This document shows positions 9,923 through 18,248 of a stretch of 64,000 nucleotides of DNA, piece by piece. The position numbers were made by a program, and so were the translations under genes. The DNA is from a virus: the IMG/VR virus record IMGVR_UViG_3300014137_000003; one strand, given 5' to 3'. The first letter of the stretch is position 1. The number at the start of each line of letters is the position of its first letter. The notes below the pieces were generated by a model. That model had not been told where the DNA came from. It ran no database searches and saw nothing but the letters and a program-made list of their open reading frames with translations.

Positions 9923-10399
9923 ATGAGATGTTCTCTAAGTAAGTTTAAGGGGTTGTATTTATCAGCTCTTGGTTTGGTTCTACCAGTAGTTTTTCAGGTA
10001 AGTTTTGTTAGTTTAGCGTTGTACCTATACTACACGGGTATGGGAAGAGACCATTTTGGGGATAGGATTGGTTGGGTTTTGCTCTGTTTGGTAGCTTTGT
10101 CCAGTGATATTTTGTTCTATTGCATTAAGAGAATGAGAGCTGAGGGGTATAGTTCTAGTTATTTATCTGCTAATGCTCTTACTTCTAGGTCGTTCAGAGT
10201 ATTACTTTTCTTGGTAATTTACTTAGTTCCTTTGTTATATTTAGTAACTGTATCTAGTCCAGCCTTTATCTTTTGGTTATTGTTACTTTCAGGGTCTGCA
10301 AGATTGGCAGTTTACTATGTTGTAAGGGAAGCAGAAAGAAGTAAGATTGAAGTAGAGGTTTGGAGCTTACTTAGGAAGAAAGATAAAGAAAGTAACTAA
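9923..10399 (+). CDS. polytopic membrane protein, unknown function
   Basis: ORF-track frame 9893-10399. The ATG at 9923 is preferred because GAGG lies 8 nt upstream. Four or so hydrophobic segments. Confidence 0.45.
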   Translation: MRCSLSKFKGLYLSALGLVLPVVFQVSFVSLALYLYYTGMGRDHFGDRIGWVLLCLVALSSDILFYCIKRMRAEGYSSSYLSANALTSRSFRVLLFLVIYLVPLLYLVTVSSPAFIFWLLLLSGSARLAVYYVVREAERSKIEVEVWSLLRKKDKESN

Positions 10400-10509
10400 T
10401 GAATTAGGTCTTGTTACTTAATTAATTTTAAATTTATAGGCATTGTAGAAGTACAAATTTAGAAGATTAAGGGTCTAGGTATAAGGCTCTTTCTTTATTT
10501 GTTGTTTTG

Positions 10510-10518
10510 TGGTATAAT
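10510..10518 (+). promoter_or_regulatory. extended -10 promoter element (TGgTATAAT)
   Basis: Read directly; about 45 nt upstream of the small ORF at 10562. Confidence 0.4.
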
Positions 10519-10561
10519 ATAGTTTAAGATTATGGTAGTTATTATTTGAAAGGTTAAGATT

Positions 10562-10720
10562 ATGAAATTATTATTCAGTTTGATACTCTTTGCAGTAGCA
10601 TTTATCTTCTTTGTGTGGGCGTTGTCTTACTTAGCTATTGCGTTAGCTATCTTTGGGGTAGTCGTGGTAGGGGGTATCTTATTCTTGGTTATTCGCCTTG
10701 CGTGGTGTCTTACACGGTAG
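10562..10720 (+). CDS. 52-aa strongly hydrophobic peptide (two predicted TM segments); not in the ORF track
   Basis: ATG 10562, TAG 10718-10720, encoding MKLLFSLILFAVAFIFFVWALSYLAIALAIFGVVVVGGILFLVIRLAWCLTR. Has an aaagg RBS-like element and its own -10. Confidence 0.4.
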   Translation: MKLLFSLILFAVAFIFFVWALSYLAIALAIFGVVVVGGILFLVIRLAWCLTR

Positions 10721-10751
10721 TGGTAGGGCTGATATACTAGGTATCGTTTTA

Positions 10752-10789
10752 GGGGCTTTATAGGGGCTATATGGGGCTTGTGTGGGGTG
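10752..10789 (+). repeat. four helically phased G-tract repeats (GGGGCT x3, GGGGTG x1)
   Basis: GGGGCT at 10752, 10763 and 10773; GGGGTG at 10784. Spacings are 11, 10 and 11 nt. Confidence 0.6.
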
Positions 10790-10883
10790 TCGCCTTAAAG
10801 TTGATTGATTATATTGACAATCGTGAGTATATTGAAAATGTTGTAGATTTAGGAAATATTTGTTTGTAGAAAGGGGAAAATGG

Positions 10884-12212
10884 ATGAGACCATGCAAATT
10901 TACTGTTGTTGCACAGTTACACGAAGATCAAAATCATGATTTAATTGAATATGTAGACTCATGTTTTGCAATATACGGTAAAGCAAAGCGTGAAACTTTT
11001 CATGTGCTCAAGCGTAATGCTGACTTTAACAAATCAACCTTTAATACGCACTTACAAACAAAATACAACATCTTAAAACGTACGGCTAATTCTATTATTT
11101 CAGATGCTCAAGGTACATTAAATGCTTTAATAGAGTTGAAGAAGTATGAAAAATCTCAACTTGAACGTAAAATTTCATCATTAGAAAACTTGATTGGTAA
11201 ACTTGAAATGAAGGTTGCTGATAATAAAACTTTGTTACGATTAAATGATAAATCGGTATCTCTGGTTACACATCGCAATTTGAAACGTAAGTTAGTTTCT
11301 AAAAAGAATCAACTGAATAACAAAAAGCAGAGATTAAAAAATCTTCAGTATCAGATTAAACATGGTATTTATAAATTGTGTTTTGGTACAAAATACTTAC
11401 TCAAACGTGATTATAATGAGTTTATAGCTCGTAGAGATAGTCAGTTGTCTTTTGTTGGGACTAAGACTGAAAAAGCCGGGAATCAAGTTCTACAATTATC
11501 GTATAACTATCAAAATAATCAGTTTGATATTCAATTGCGTAAAGATATCGGTGGATTCAAAGACCAACGTGGTTCTTACGTGAATGGTAAAGTTCATTTT
11601 AATCATTACAAACGAGAGTTGACTTTGATTTTAGCTAATCGTAATAGTCCATTATCTTATAAAATTATTAAGAAAAATGGACGTTACTACCTATATTGCA
11701 CTTTTGAGATTCAACGTGATGAATCCTCTTTTACCACTCGTTCTTCAAATGGTGTAATCGGTATTGATTTCAATAAAGGTTTTGTAACCTTAAGTGAGAC
11801 TAATCAATATGGGCACATGGTGGGTATTGATTTAATTAGATACCGTTTCAAAGAAGGTAATGCAACTCAAACCGATTTAGAGTTAATTGCAAATAAGGTT
11901 AAATTACGTGCTCTAGCAACGGGTAAGGACGTTGTAATTGAAGGTCTTAATTTCAAAGACACTAAAGCAAAAACACTAAGCAAGGAAGGTAAGAAATACA
12001 ATGGTATGTTACACTCACTCGCATATCGTAAATTTACAGACGTTATGGAGAATGTTTGCTATCGTAATTGTATTTGGTTGAGGAAAGTCAATCCCGCATG
12101 GACAAGTTGGGTTGCGAAACAAAAGTATTGTCCGAACATGAAATTAAACATCCATACAGGAGCAAGTTTTGTTATTGCTCGCAGAGGTCAAGGTTATACC
12201 GATGCTGTGTAG
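10884..12212 (+). CDS. tnpB: TnpB-like (IS605 OrfB family) protein with apparently degenerate RuvC-III and no zinc finger
   Basis: RuvC-I-like VIGIDFNKGF, RuvC-II-like VVIEGLNF and the PAYTSQ-equivalent VNPAWTSW. The C-terminus reads ..KQKYCPNMKLNIHTGASFVIARRG where canonical TnpB has CxxC..CxxC and ..D.NAA.NIARRG. The ATG at 10884 is preferred over the TTG at 10860. Confidence 0.75.
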   Translation: MRPCKFTVVAQLHEDQNHDLIEYVDSCFAIYGKAKRETFHVLKRNADFNKSTFNTHLQTKYNILKRTANSIISDAQGTLNALIELKKYEKSQLERKISSLENLIGKLEMKVADNKTLLRLNDKSVSLVTHRNLKRKLVSKKNQLNNKKQRLKNLQYQIKHGIYKLCFGTKYLLKRDYNEFIARRDSQLSFVGTKTEKAGNQVLQLSYNYQNNQFDIQLRKDIGGFKDQRGSYVNGKVHFNHYKRELTLILANRNSPLSYKIIKKNGRYYLYCTFEIQRDESSFTTRSSNGVIGIDFNKGFVTLSETNQYGHMVGIDLIRYRFKEGNATQTDLELIANKVKLRALATGKDVVIEGLNFKDTKAKTLSKEGKKYNGMLHSLAYRKFTDVMENVCYRNCIWLRKVNPAWTSWVAKQKYCPNMKLNIHTGASFVIARRGQGYTDAV

Positions 12213-12447
12213 TGTGAAATAACCTAATCCTTGTCGTATAAAGATGTATTAGATGCAAGACAATCTAGCATTTCCCTTTACGACATTGTAATCAAATTAG
12301 AAGTTCAAACAACAGAAATTGTTGAATGGTTAAGAATTGAAACAATTTGAGTTTGGATGGAAGAGGTTAGCCGTATGACTTTGTGTTGAAAAACACTAAA
12401 AACAATCTCGAATGGCAATTTCTAAAATTTCGTTATTTTGAGTTACG
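12213..12447 (+). ncRNA. candidate omega-RNA/guide-RNA-like structured transcript downstream of the tnpB-like gene
   Basis: Non-coding and dense in short hairpins: TGTCGTA 12233-39/TACGACA 12280-86 enclosing TAGAT 12251-55/ATCTA 12264-68; CAACA/TGTTG 12311-25; AATTG/CAATT 12336-48; GTGTT-GAAA-AACAC 12384-97. The position matches where TnpB omega-RNAs are encoded. No covariance model was run. Confidence 0.3.
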
Positions 12448-12491
12448 GCTTATATGGGCTTGTATTTTATTTTGTAGGAGGTATTTATTAG

Positions 12492-12665
12492 ATGGTTAAA
12501 GCACACAGAATGAGTTATGATGTTGTTTTGGGTGGTTTCAGTTACGATGATATTAAAAGAATAGCTAAAGACTTCGAACTAACTATAGAGGAAGTTACTA
12601 ATCTATATAAGAAAAGTAAGACTGCCACTGATTTTGAGAAGGGGTTTGTAAGGTTAGTGGGATGA
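12492..12665 (+). CDS. 57-aa hypothetical protein (below the ORF-track cutoff)
   Basis: AGGAGG RBS 7 nt upstream of the ATG at 12492. Its stop overlaps the next start (ATGA at 12662-12665). Encodes MVKAHRMSYDVVLGGFSYDDIKRIAKDFELTIEEVTNLYKK... Confidence 0.45.
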   Translation: MVKAHRMSYDVVLGGFSYDDIKRIAKDFELTIEEVTNLYKKSKTATDFEKGFVRLVG

Positions 12666-13195
12666 AGAAACTATATCTAGACATGGATGGGGTAGTGTTT
12701 GATACCTATGGTACTTTAGGGGAAGTTAAACAGTACCTAAAAAACAATAAAGAAGAATTAGGGATAGATGGTAAAGATATTTCTGATGCAGCGTGGCTTT
12801 ACCTATATTCTAATTATGATAAGATAAAAACAATGCCCTATTTTACGGAGGTTTTGGGTTTACTTAAGGGCTCTTTTGATATTACTTTTGTTTCGATGTA
12901 TGTATCCGAGGAAGAGTATGCTTATAAGGAGTACTTTGCTAGGTCTTTGAATTTGCCTATAATTTTATTAGACTCTAAGAAGCACGAAGATAAGTCTAGT
13001 GTAGACATGTCTGAGGGGTACTTTATCGATGATAACCCTAACTATCTTAAATCTAGTAACGCTAGTAAAAAATTCTTAATGGCTAAGGGGTTAGCTTACT
13101 ATCTTAGTATCTTACAGAGTAAGTCCTCTCACATAGTAGTCCAGGATTGGGTAGATGTGGGGATTAGACTGGGGGTATTAAATGGCAAAGAATAA
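12662..13195 (+). CDS. HAD-superfamily hydrolase, 5'(3')-deoxyribonucleotidase (NT5C)-like
   Basis: N-terminal LYLDMDGVVFDT (HAD motif I, DxDG) and a late YFIDDNPNYL (motif IV). Size is about 177 aa, as in NT5C-type enzymes. Confidence 0.55.
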   Translation: MKKLYLDMDGVVFDTYGTLGEVKQYLKNNKEELGIDGKDISDAAWLYLYSNYDKIKTMPYFTEVLGLLKGSFDITFVSMYVSEEEYAYKEYFARSLNLPIILLDSKKHEDKSSVDMSEGYFIDDNPNYLKSSNASKKFLMAKGLAYYLSILQSKSSHIVVQDWVDVGIRLGVLNGKE

Positions 13196-13973
13196 CTTAA
13201 AAGCTCGAAGGTTAAAAGAAAAGGGTAGCAGGCGTGTCTCGGCTATAATTTTAACTTTCTGTATAGGTTTAGCATCTATTTTCCTCTTTGGGGGTAGTAT
13301 TGGTTCTTACCACGTCAAGGGGTATTTACCTAAGATTGAGCATTGGACAAAAGGCAAGACTGCACCTGTACGGTCTACTAAGCAGGCAAATAGTGGTCTG
13401 TATTTTTCTGACGGAAGTGCTATACCAGCTTATAGTGGTAAGCAGTCCATAGACATAAACGGTGGAGTTCCCTTCTTTACGGTTGAGGAAAAGAACTTAA
13501 CAAATAGCCCAACTTTTACAAAATATTCAGGTAATGACTATTTAGGTAGGGCAACAGGTGTTGTATCTGTGTTTTCTAGGAAAGATTTAATATCATCCAA
13601 GGGTAGACCTGAGTTACCTAATCCTCCAGGTTGGGTTAGTAGGTCTAAAGGGGGTATCTATGACCGCTCTCATTTGAAGGCATATACCTTTGCGGGCAGT
13701 AATAACTTAGAAAACCTTATTACTGGTACTATCTCGTTAAACCAGAAGTATATGGTAGAGGTTGAGAACGCTACTCGAGACTTCTTAGAAAAAAGCAATC
13801 AGTCTGTAATTTACCGTGTAACTCCTTATTACTTAGGCGATGAGTTAGTTCCACGTGGCGTGTTGATGGAGGTTTATTCCTCTACAGGAAGTTTGAGTAT
13901 TTGTAAGTACATTTATAATGTACAAGATGGTTTTACAATAAACTATAAAGATGGAAGTGTAGTAGCGGACTGA
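13182..13973 (+). CDS. membrane-anchored DNA/RNA non-specific endonuclease (EndA / DNA-entry-nuclease-like)
   Basis: N-terminal TM anchor, then GGIYDRSHLKAYTFAGSNNLENLITGT...VIYRVTPYYLGDELVPRGVLMEVYS. This matches the streptococcal EndA pattern (DRGH-type active site; the YRVTP..G.ELV.RGV.MEA block). Confidence 0.8.
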   Translation: MAKNNLKARRLKEKGSRRVSAIILTFCIGLASIFLFGGSIGSYHVKGYLPKIEHWTKGKTAPVRSTKQANSGLYFSDGSAIPAYSGKQSIDINGGVPFFTVEEKNLTNSPTFTKYSGNDYLGRATGVVSVFSRKDLISSKGRPELPNPPGWVSRSKGGIYDRSHLKAYTFAGSNNLENLITGTISLNQKYMVEVENATRDFLEKSNQSVIYRVTPYYLGDELVPRGVLMEVYSSTGSLSICKYIYNVQDGFTINYKDGSVVAD

Positions 13974-14024
13974 TTGTATTAGTCTCAGTTAGAATTTAAT
14001 TTATTTATAGGGGGGTTTTGGTGT

Positions 14025-14720
14025 ATGGTTTCACAGCAAAGTTTAGGGAAATTGAGGCTTTTAAATAACTTAGCCAGTCGTGGGTTTTTGAATAAAGATA
14101 TGGTCTTTTATGTAGACCGTCTTATCCCTTTAGGAGACTTGCTTTCTTGCCTCACCGACAGACAAAAATATGTTGTTTCTTTACTTTATGGGCTAGGTAA
14201 TAGCCCCCTTTTATCTGCTAACAGTTTGGCAAATAGTCTTACAGTAACAAAGACTAGAATTTTACAAATAGAGTCTAAGGCTCTTAGAGACTTGGGTATT
14301 AGTATTAATGCTCATCTTAAAGATGTTGAGAGAAAAGATTCTGAGTTCTTTGTTTCTCCTACTACTTTTGAGGCAATGACTCCTAGCATTACCACTGGTG
14401 TAAGCATGCCTATTTTAAGAACTATAACTATCGATAGTTTGGGATTGAGGGAACGTGCTTGTAATATCCTAAAGTCTCATAAACTTACAACTGCGTATGA
14501 ACTTATATATGACTTACCTACTCTACCAAGCTTAAGGAATGTAGGCGAGGAAACAACTAGAAATGTTATTGGTGTCCTAGCTTCGCTTGTAGGAGGGGTA
14601 TCTGGAATAACTGATATTTACATAACTGTAAGAAACCCCCAAACAAAATTAGAACTAGGTCAATACCTTTCTGATGTTTGGTGGGAAGATAATGCAAAAA
14701 GAAGATACGGGGTGCGGTAA
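14025..14720 (+). CDS. sigma-70 region-4-like HTH fused to an RNA polymerase alpha-CTD-like helix-hairpin-helix domain
   Basis: LTDRQKYVVSLLYGLGNSPLLSANSLANSLTVTKTRILQIESKALRDLG resembles sigma region 4. ITIDSLGLRERACNILKSHKLTTAYELIYDL..LRNVGEETTRNV resembles the RpoA CTD. No region 2 is visible. Confidence 0.55.
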   Translation: MVSQQSLGKLRLLNNLASRGFLNKDMVFYVDRLIPLGDLLSCLTDRQKYVVSLLYGLGNSPLLSANSLANSLTVTKTRILQIESKALRDLGISINAHLKDVERKDSEFFVSPTTFEAMTPSITTGVSMPILRTITIDSLGLRERACNILKSHKLTTAYELIYDLPTLPSLRNVGEETTRNVIGVLASLVGGVSGITDIYITVRNPQTKLELGQYLSDVWWEDNAKRRYGVR

Positions 14721-15526
14721 TGGCAACACTAGACGAAATATTTAAGAGTGAATTTAACAAAACTAGAAATAACTTAAAGGGGTATATTTCAATATACGAT
14801 TTAGGTATTAAACCGAAGTCTCTACCTAAAAACGACTTCTATAACGTTAAGGGTGTTGAGGTAGAGTATTACAAGAAACTAAACGACAGTAATGTAATGC
14901 TTGTACCTCGTGGTTTTGAGCTACGAAGACGTCTATTAAAGGCTAAAGATGAGGGTGGTTTCCGTAGAGATAAGGACGGAAATATTAGGACTGTAGAGGT
15001 AAGCGTCCCTAGAGGTTCTGTTGCAGTTATGTCTCCTATGCCTTTAGGGTTGCCTTTCTCGTTTAAGGCAGAGGGGTATGATTATGTAGATTATATAGAA
15101 GAGGGTGGTAAGCGTAGATATATCTATATACTTCCAACTTCTGTTCTCTATAAGACTAATTTTAACGCCTTAGCAATTTCTACAAAGAAGATGAAATGCT
15201 TTTCAGGGGTAGCTATAAAGACATGGAATATGGGTATTCTAAATATCTGTGTTGTACCGTATAAGGTAGGAAGAACTTATGAAAGCACCATAATTTTAAA
15301 GGTAAAACAAAGCTTAGACTTTACCAAAGACGTAGCCCAGTTAACTAAAGTTTTAGAGTCTAAAGGTGTTATCTCTAATCCTGTAGACTATATGACAGAA
15401 GAGGGCGAAAATATAGGAGTTACACCTATAGTTCCTGCTTATGACTCAATAGAGTATAACCCAGTAGAAATTTCTTCTTTGGCAGACGCTAACATTAAAG
15501 GAATCGAGGACATAATAGATGTTTAA
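14720..15526 (+). CDS. hypothetical protein
   Basis: Long ORF, start overlaps the preceding stop (TAATG); no recognisable motif. Confidence 0.6.
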   Translation: MATLDEIFKSEFNKTRNNLKGYISIYDLGIKPKSLPKNDFYNVKGVEVEYYKKLNDSNVMLVPRGFELRRRLLKAKDEGGFRRDKDGNIRTVEVSVPRGSVAVMSPMPLGLPFSFKAEGYDYVDYIEEGGKRRYIYILPTSVLYKTNFNALAISTKKMKCFSGVAIKTWNMGILNICVVPYKVGRTYESTIILKVKQSLDFTKDVAQLTKVLESKGVISNPVDYMTEEGENIGVTPIVPAYDSIEYNPVEISSLADANIKGIEDIIDV

Positions 15527-16001
15527 GAAAGCGTTTAAGACGGTATTAAAGTTTTGTTTAGCTCTTACCCTAGTGTTTGTAGTAGGGGTATTTATTGGAA
15601 GGAACTCTTATTCTAGGGTAGTTGTTAGTGGTCATTCTATGGACTACACTTTACAGGATGGTGAGCACTTGTGGGTTGAAAACTTCCCTTGGGGTAAGTA
15701 CAAGCAGGGGAGTGTTGTTGTTCTAAAGGAATCCGACAAGCGTATGGTTAAACGAATTATCGGTACGCCAGGAGATACTTTGGTCTTTAAGGGTGATACC
15801 TTATATCGAAATGGAAAGGCTTTAGACGAGCCCTATGTTACGGATAGTGGGTATGAAAAAGGTCTATTAAAGGGCGAAGTCACTCTAGCTAAAGATGAGT
15901 ATTTTGTTATGGGGGATAATAGGGATGTCTCTAATGACTCTCGTTACTTCGGTGCAATCAAGAAGAATGAATTACAAGGTAGGGTAGTAGGTTATGAGTA
16001 A
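15519..16001 (+). CDS. signal peptidase I (S26 family)
   Basis: N-terminal TM, then VVSGHSMDYTL (catalytic Ser box), VKRIIGTPGDTL (catalytic Lys box) and GDNRDVSNDSRYFG. Confidence 0.85.
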   Translation: MFKKAFKTVLKFCLALTLVFVVGVFIGRNSYSRVVVSGHSMDYTLQDGEHLWVENFPWGKYKQGSVVVLKESDKRMVKRIIGTPGDTLVFKGDTLYRNGKALDEPYVTDSGYEKGLLKGEVTLAKDEYFVMGDNRDVSNDSRYFGAIKKNELQGRVVGYE

Positions 16002-16359
16002 TTATAAATTAGCAAGGGTTGGTGGAGGTTCTGTACTAGCAGACTTTGACACTAAGGTAGTAAAGACTTTTAATTCATCGGGAAGGTTTGTTTCTAACGG
16101 TTTTAGTGGGACTCCTAAGTTTTCAGAATGTTATGTTATCTCTTTAGTACAGGTAGGCACAGGGGCATGCTTATACGATGGGGTATCTGAGAAGGAAGTT
16201 ACCTCTGCTCCAAAAGTTTTAGCGACTTTAATGAAAAGTCCATTTTCTGTGTACCCTCTTCAAGTAGATGGGGTATCTCCTAAGGGTATTCGCTACAAGC
16301 AGTATATTTTCTGTTATAGTTCTAAAGAATCTCAATCTACAGCTTTAGCTAGTCTATAA
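15994..16359 (+). CDS. hypothetical protein
   Basis: ORF overlapping the previous stop (ATGA); no motif recognised. Confidence 0.5.
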   Translation: MSNYKLARVGGGSVLADFDTKVVKTFNSSGRFVSNGFSGTPKFSECYVISLVQVGTGACLYDGVSEKEVTSAPKVLATLMKSPFSVYPLQVDGVSPKGIRYKQYIFCYSSKESQSTALASL

Positions 16360-16371
16360 GAGAAGGTTATT

Positions 16372-16400
16372 AGGCAGTCTTAATTTGACTGTCCTTTTTT
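16372..16400 (+). terminator. rho-independent terminator
   Basis: AGGCAGTC-ttaattt-GACTG(T)CCT bulged hairpin followed by a T-run. Confidence 0.55.
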
Positions 16401-16409
16401 ATATTTTTG

Positions 16410-16418
16410 TGTTATAAT
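16410..16418 (+). promoter_or_regulatory. extended -10 promoter element (TGtTATAAT)
   Basis: Read directly, about 40 nt upstream of the ATG at 16459. Confidence 0.45.
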
Positions 16419-16458
16419 ATATAATAAATATTTACTAGAGACTAGGGGGAGTATTCCG

Positions 16459-17718
16459 ATGCTTGAAGAGCTACTTAGCTTAACTAATAACAAATATACT
16501 TTACGTCCAGAGAGGTTTTACGAAGTAAAAAGAAAGTACATGGGTCTATATCAGGCTCAATTGCTAAAGATGTGGGACTTGGGTTATACAATGGAGGTGT
16601 CTGTCTTTAAAGAAGAGGACTTTTTAGCATCTTATTCAGACGAAGGTATTAACCTAAAATTCCGAAATGGCAAAGTAAAATTAGAACCTTGGGTTTTCTA
16701 TACTGAGTGGTTGTTATCAGGTCGTAAGAGCGAATTTTACTATGATATGTACCAACTCTTGGAGTATAGAGAGGCTTGTATTACGATTGATCTTATCTAC
16801 GATAACTCTAAAATGTATAAAGCTAAATCAACCAAGCCTTTCCAATGGGGTATCTCTTATTCTTATTCAGGTATGAGGGGTACTTCTAGGGCGACGCAGC
16901 TTGGTCGAGTGGGGTATGAGTTACTTATTTCTGAAGATAAGTATATCCGAGAAGTGGAGATTTCTTCTTTGGTAAGTCTTGTTATTGCTAAGGAGTTAGG
17001 TTTCTCTATGGAAGCTATTACTGTGTTAGATGGTATCAGTTTATATGATTTAGGTTCTTATGCTGAGGACCTCTTGACTGGAGGTGTTGTTCTCGATAAT
17101 GATTTCCTTACTCGACTTTTAGGGGTAGGTGGTTCGGTAGTTGAGTCTATTTCTAACCTACTACATAAGCATAAAGATGTAGTAGAGAAGCACCTTTCTG
17201 AATATGATTTATCTCGTTATGGGGTTTTTATGGGTGTAAGTAATACCCATCTTTACTTCTCTGTGGATAAGGATACAGGTTATCGTGAGAAGTTGCCTTT
17301 TGGTGCGTTTAGCGTAGACTATGATAGTGGTAAAGTTTTATCATCTCTAAATAATTACTATGGTATCACCGGAGATTTTGTTACTTTTAGTAGTTCTCTA
17401 TTTAGTGAGGATGGACTCAATTTTGTGGGTTGTCCTATATATTTATTTGATGAGAATGGCGAGAAGTCTCTATATGTCAGCGTAGAGCAAGTTGAGGGGT
17501 TAGGTGAGTCATCACTAATCTATGATCTTGGGTTGGAGTTATCATTTAGACCTAGTGGCACTTACTCGTTACGGGAGGAGATGAGCTTGGTTGATTATTA
17601 TGTAAATAGTCATGAATTAGCAGAGGAAGGTTTATTCTTCCGATTCCTAACGGGGTATTATAGCTCCGACGAAAGAGACCTCGCAATTAAAAAAGCTAAT
17701 AGCTTACTTGGAGGGTAA
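16459..17718 (+). CDS. hypothetical protein
   Basis: 419-aa ORF with an AGGGGGA RBS; first gene after the promoter/terminator pair. Confidence 0.65.
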   Translation: MLEELLSLTNNKYTLRPERFYEVKRKYMGLYQAQLLKMWDLGYTMEVSVFKEEDFLASYSDEGINLKFRNGKVKLEPWVFYTEWLLSGRKSEFYYDMYQLLEYREACITIDLIYDNSKMYKAKSTKPFQWGISYSYSGMRGTSRATQLGRVGYELLISEDKYIREVEISSLVSLVIAKELGFSMEAITVLDGISLYDLGSYAEDLLTGGVVLDNDFLTRLLGVGGSVVESISNLLHKHKDVVEKHLSEYDLSRYGVFMGVSNTHLYFSVDKDTGYREKLPFGAFSVDYDSGKVLSSLNNYYGITGDFVTFSSSLFSEDGLNFVGCPIYLFDENGEKSLYVSVEQVEGLGESSLIYDLGLELSFRPSGTYSLREEMSLVDYYVNSHELAEEGLFFRFLTGYYSSDERDLAIKKANSLLGG

Positions 17719-17720
17719 CA

Positions 17721-18248
17721 ATGAAAATGAAAATCCGTAAAGGAGATAGTAATCTCTGGTCTTTTGTCGAAGTTTGGGATAGGAAGTACAAGTACTCAGG
17801 TTATGGGGTAGTTAAAGCCTTGTTTGGGGTAAGATTAACCCAAGATGGCTTTACTTCTTTACCTTTGGTCTTAAAGGGTAATGATTTCTTACCTTTAAGT
17901 GATAGCTTGAAATCTTATGATTTGCCTACTTGGTTGAACTCTAAGAAGCCTATTTATTCTAGTATCTCTCAAAGCATTGTTAGATTCTTGGTTAGGTATG
18001 ATTTGAAGACGTTAGAACCAGATTTCGAACATAGTTCTTTTGAGTTATATCAGCCTATTATGGATTTAGCAACTGAAGAGTATGTACCCCTAACAAGGGT
18101 ATTTAATCTACCCTCTGAGCTTGAGGAACGTCTTAACGATATTATGCATCAATTATTTGAGGGTAGCGTTGATAGGAAAACGTTTCTAGAAAGGAGGATA
18201 TCTATTAGTGAAAGTATTGAAGATAACCAACAAAAACGGACGGACTGA
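17721..18248 (+). CDS. hypothetical protein
   Basis: GGAGGG RBS 5 nt upstream; 2-nt gap from the previous gene. Confidence 0.6.
   Translation: MKMKIRKGDSNLWSFVEVWDRKYKYSGYGVVKALFGVRLTQDGFTSLPLVLKGNDFLPLSDSLKSYDLPTWLNSKKPIYSSISQSIVRFLVRYDLKTLEPDFEHSSFELYQPIMDLATEEYVPLTRVFNLPSELEERLNDIMHQLFEGSVDRKTFLERRISISESIEDNQQKRTD

Larger units (their letters stand above)
10782..12447 (+). mobile_element. tnpB-only IS200/IS605-family-like insertion (boundaries approximate)
   Basis: TnpB-like ORF with no tnpA. Bracketed by an imperfect 17-nt direct repeat (GGCTATATGGGGCTTGT 10765-10781, GGCTTATATGGGCTTGT 12448-12464). This is the only ~2-kb stretch of the window with no GGGGTA, and its composition is visibly more AT-rich. 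Confidence 0.4.

Noticed and set aside
10679-10897. 72-aa minus-strand ORF across the GGGGCT repeat array
   Set aside because: It is the reverse reading of the G-tract repeats (Pro-rich product). It has no RBS and spans the putative IS boundary.
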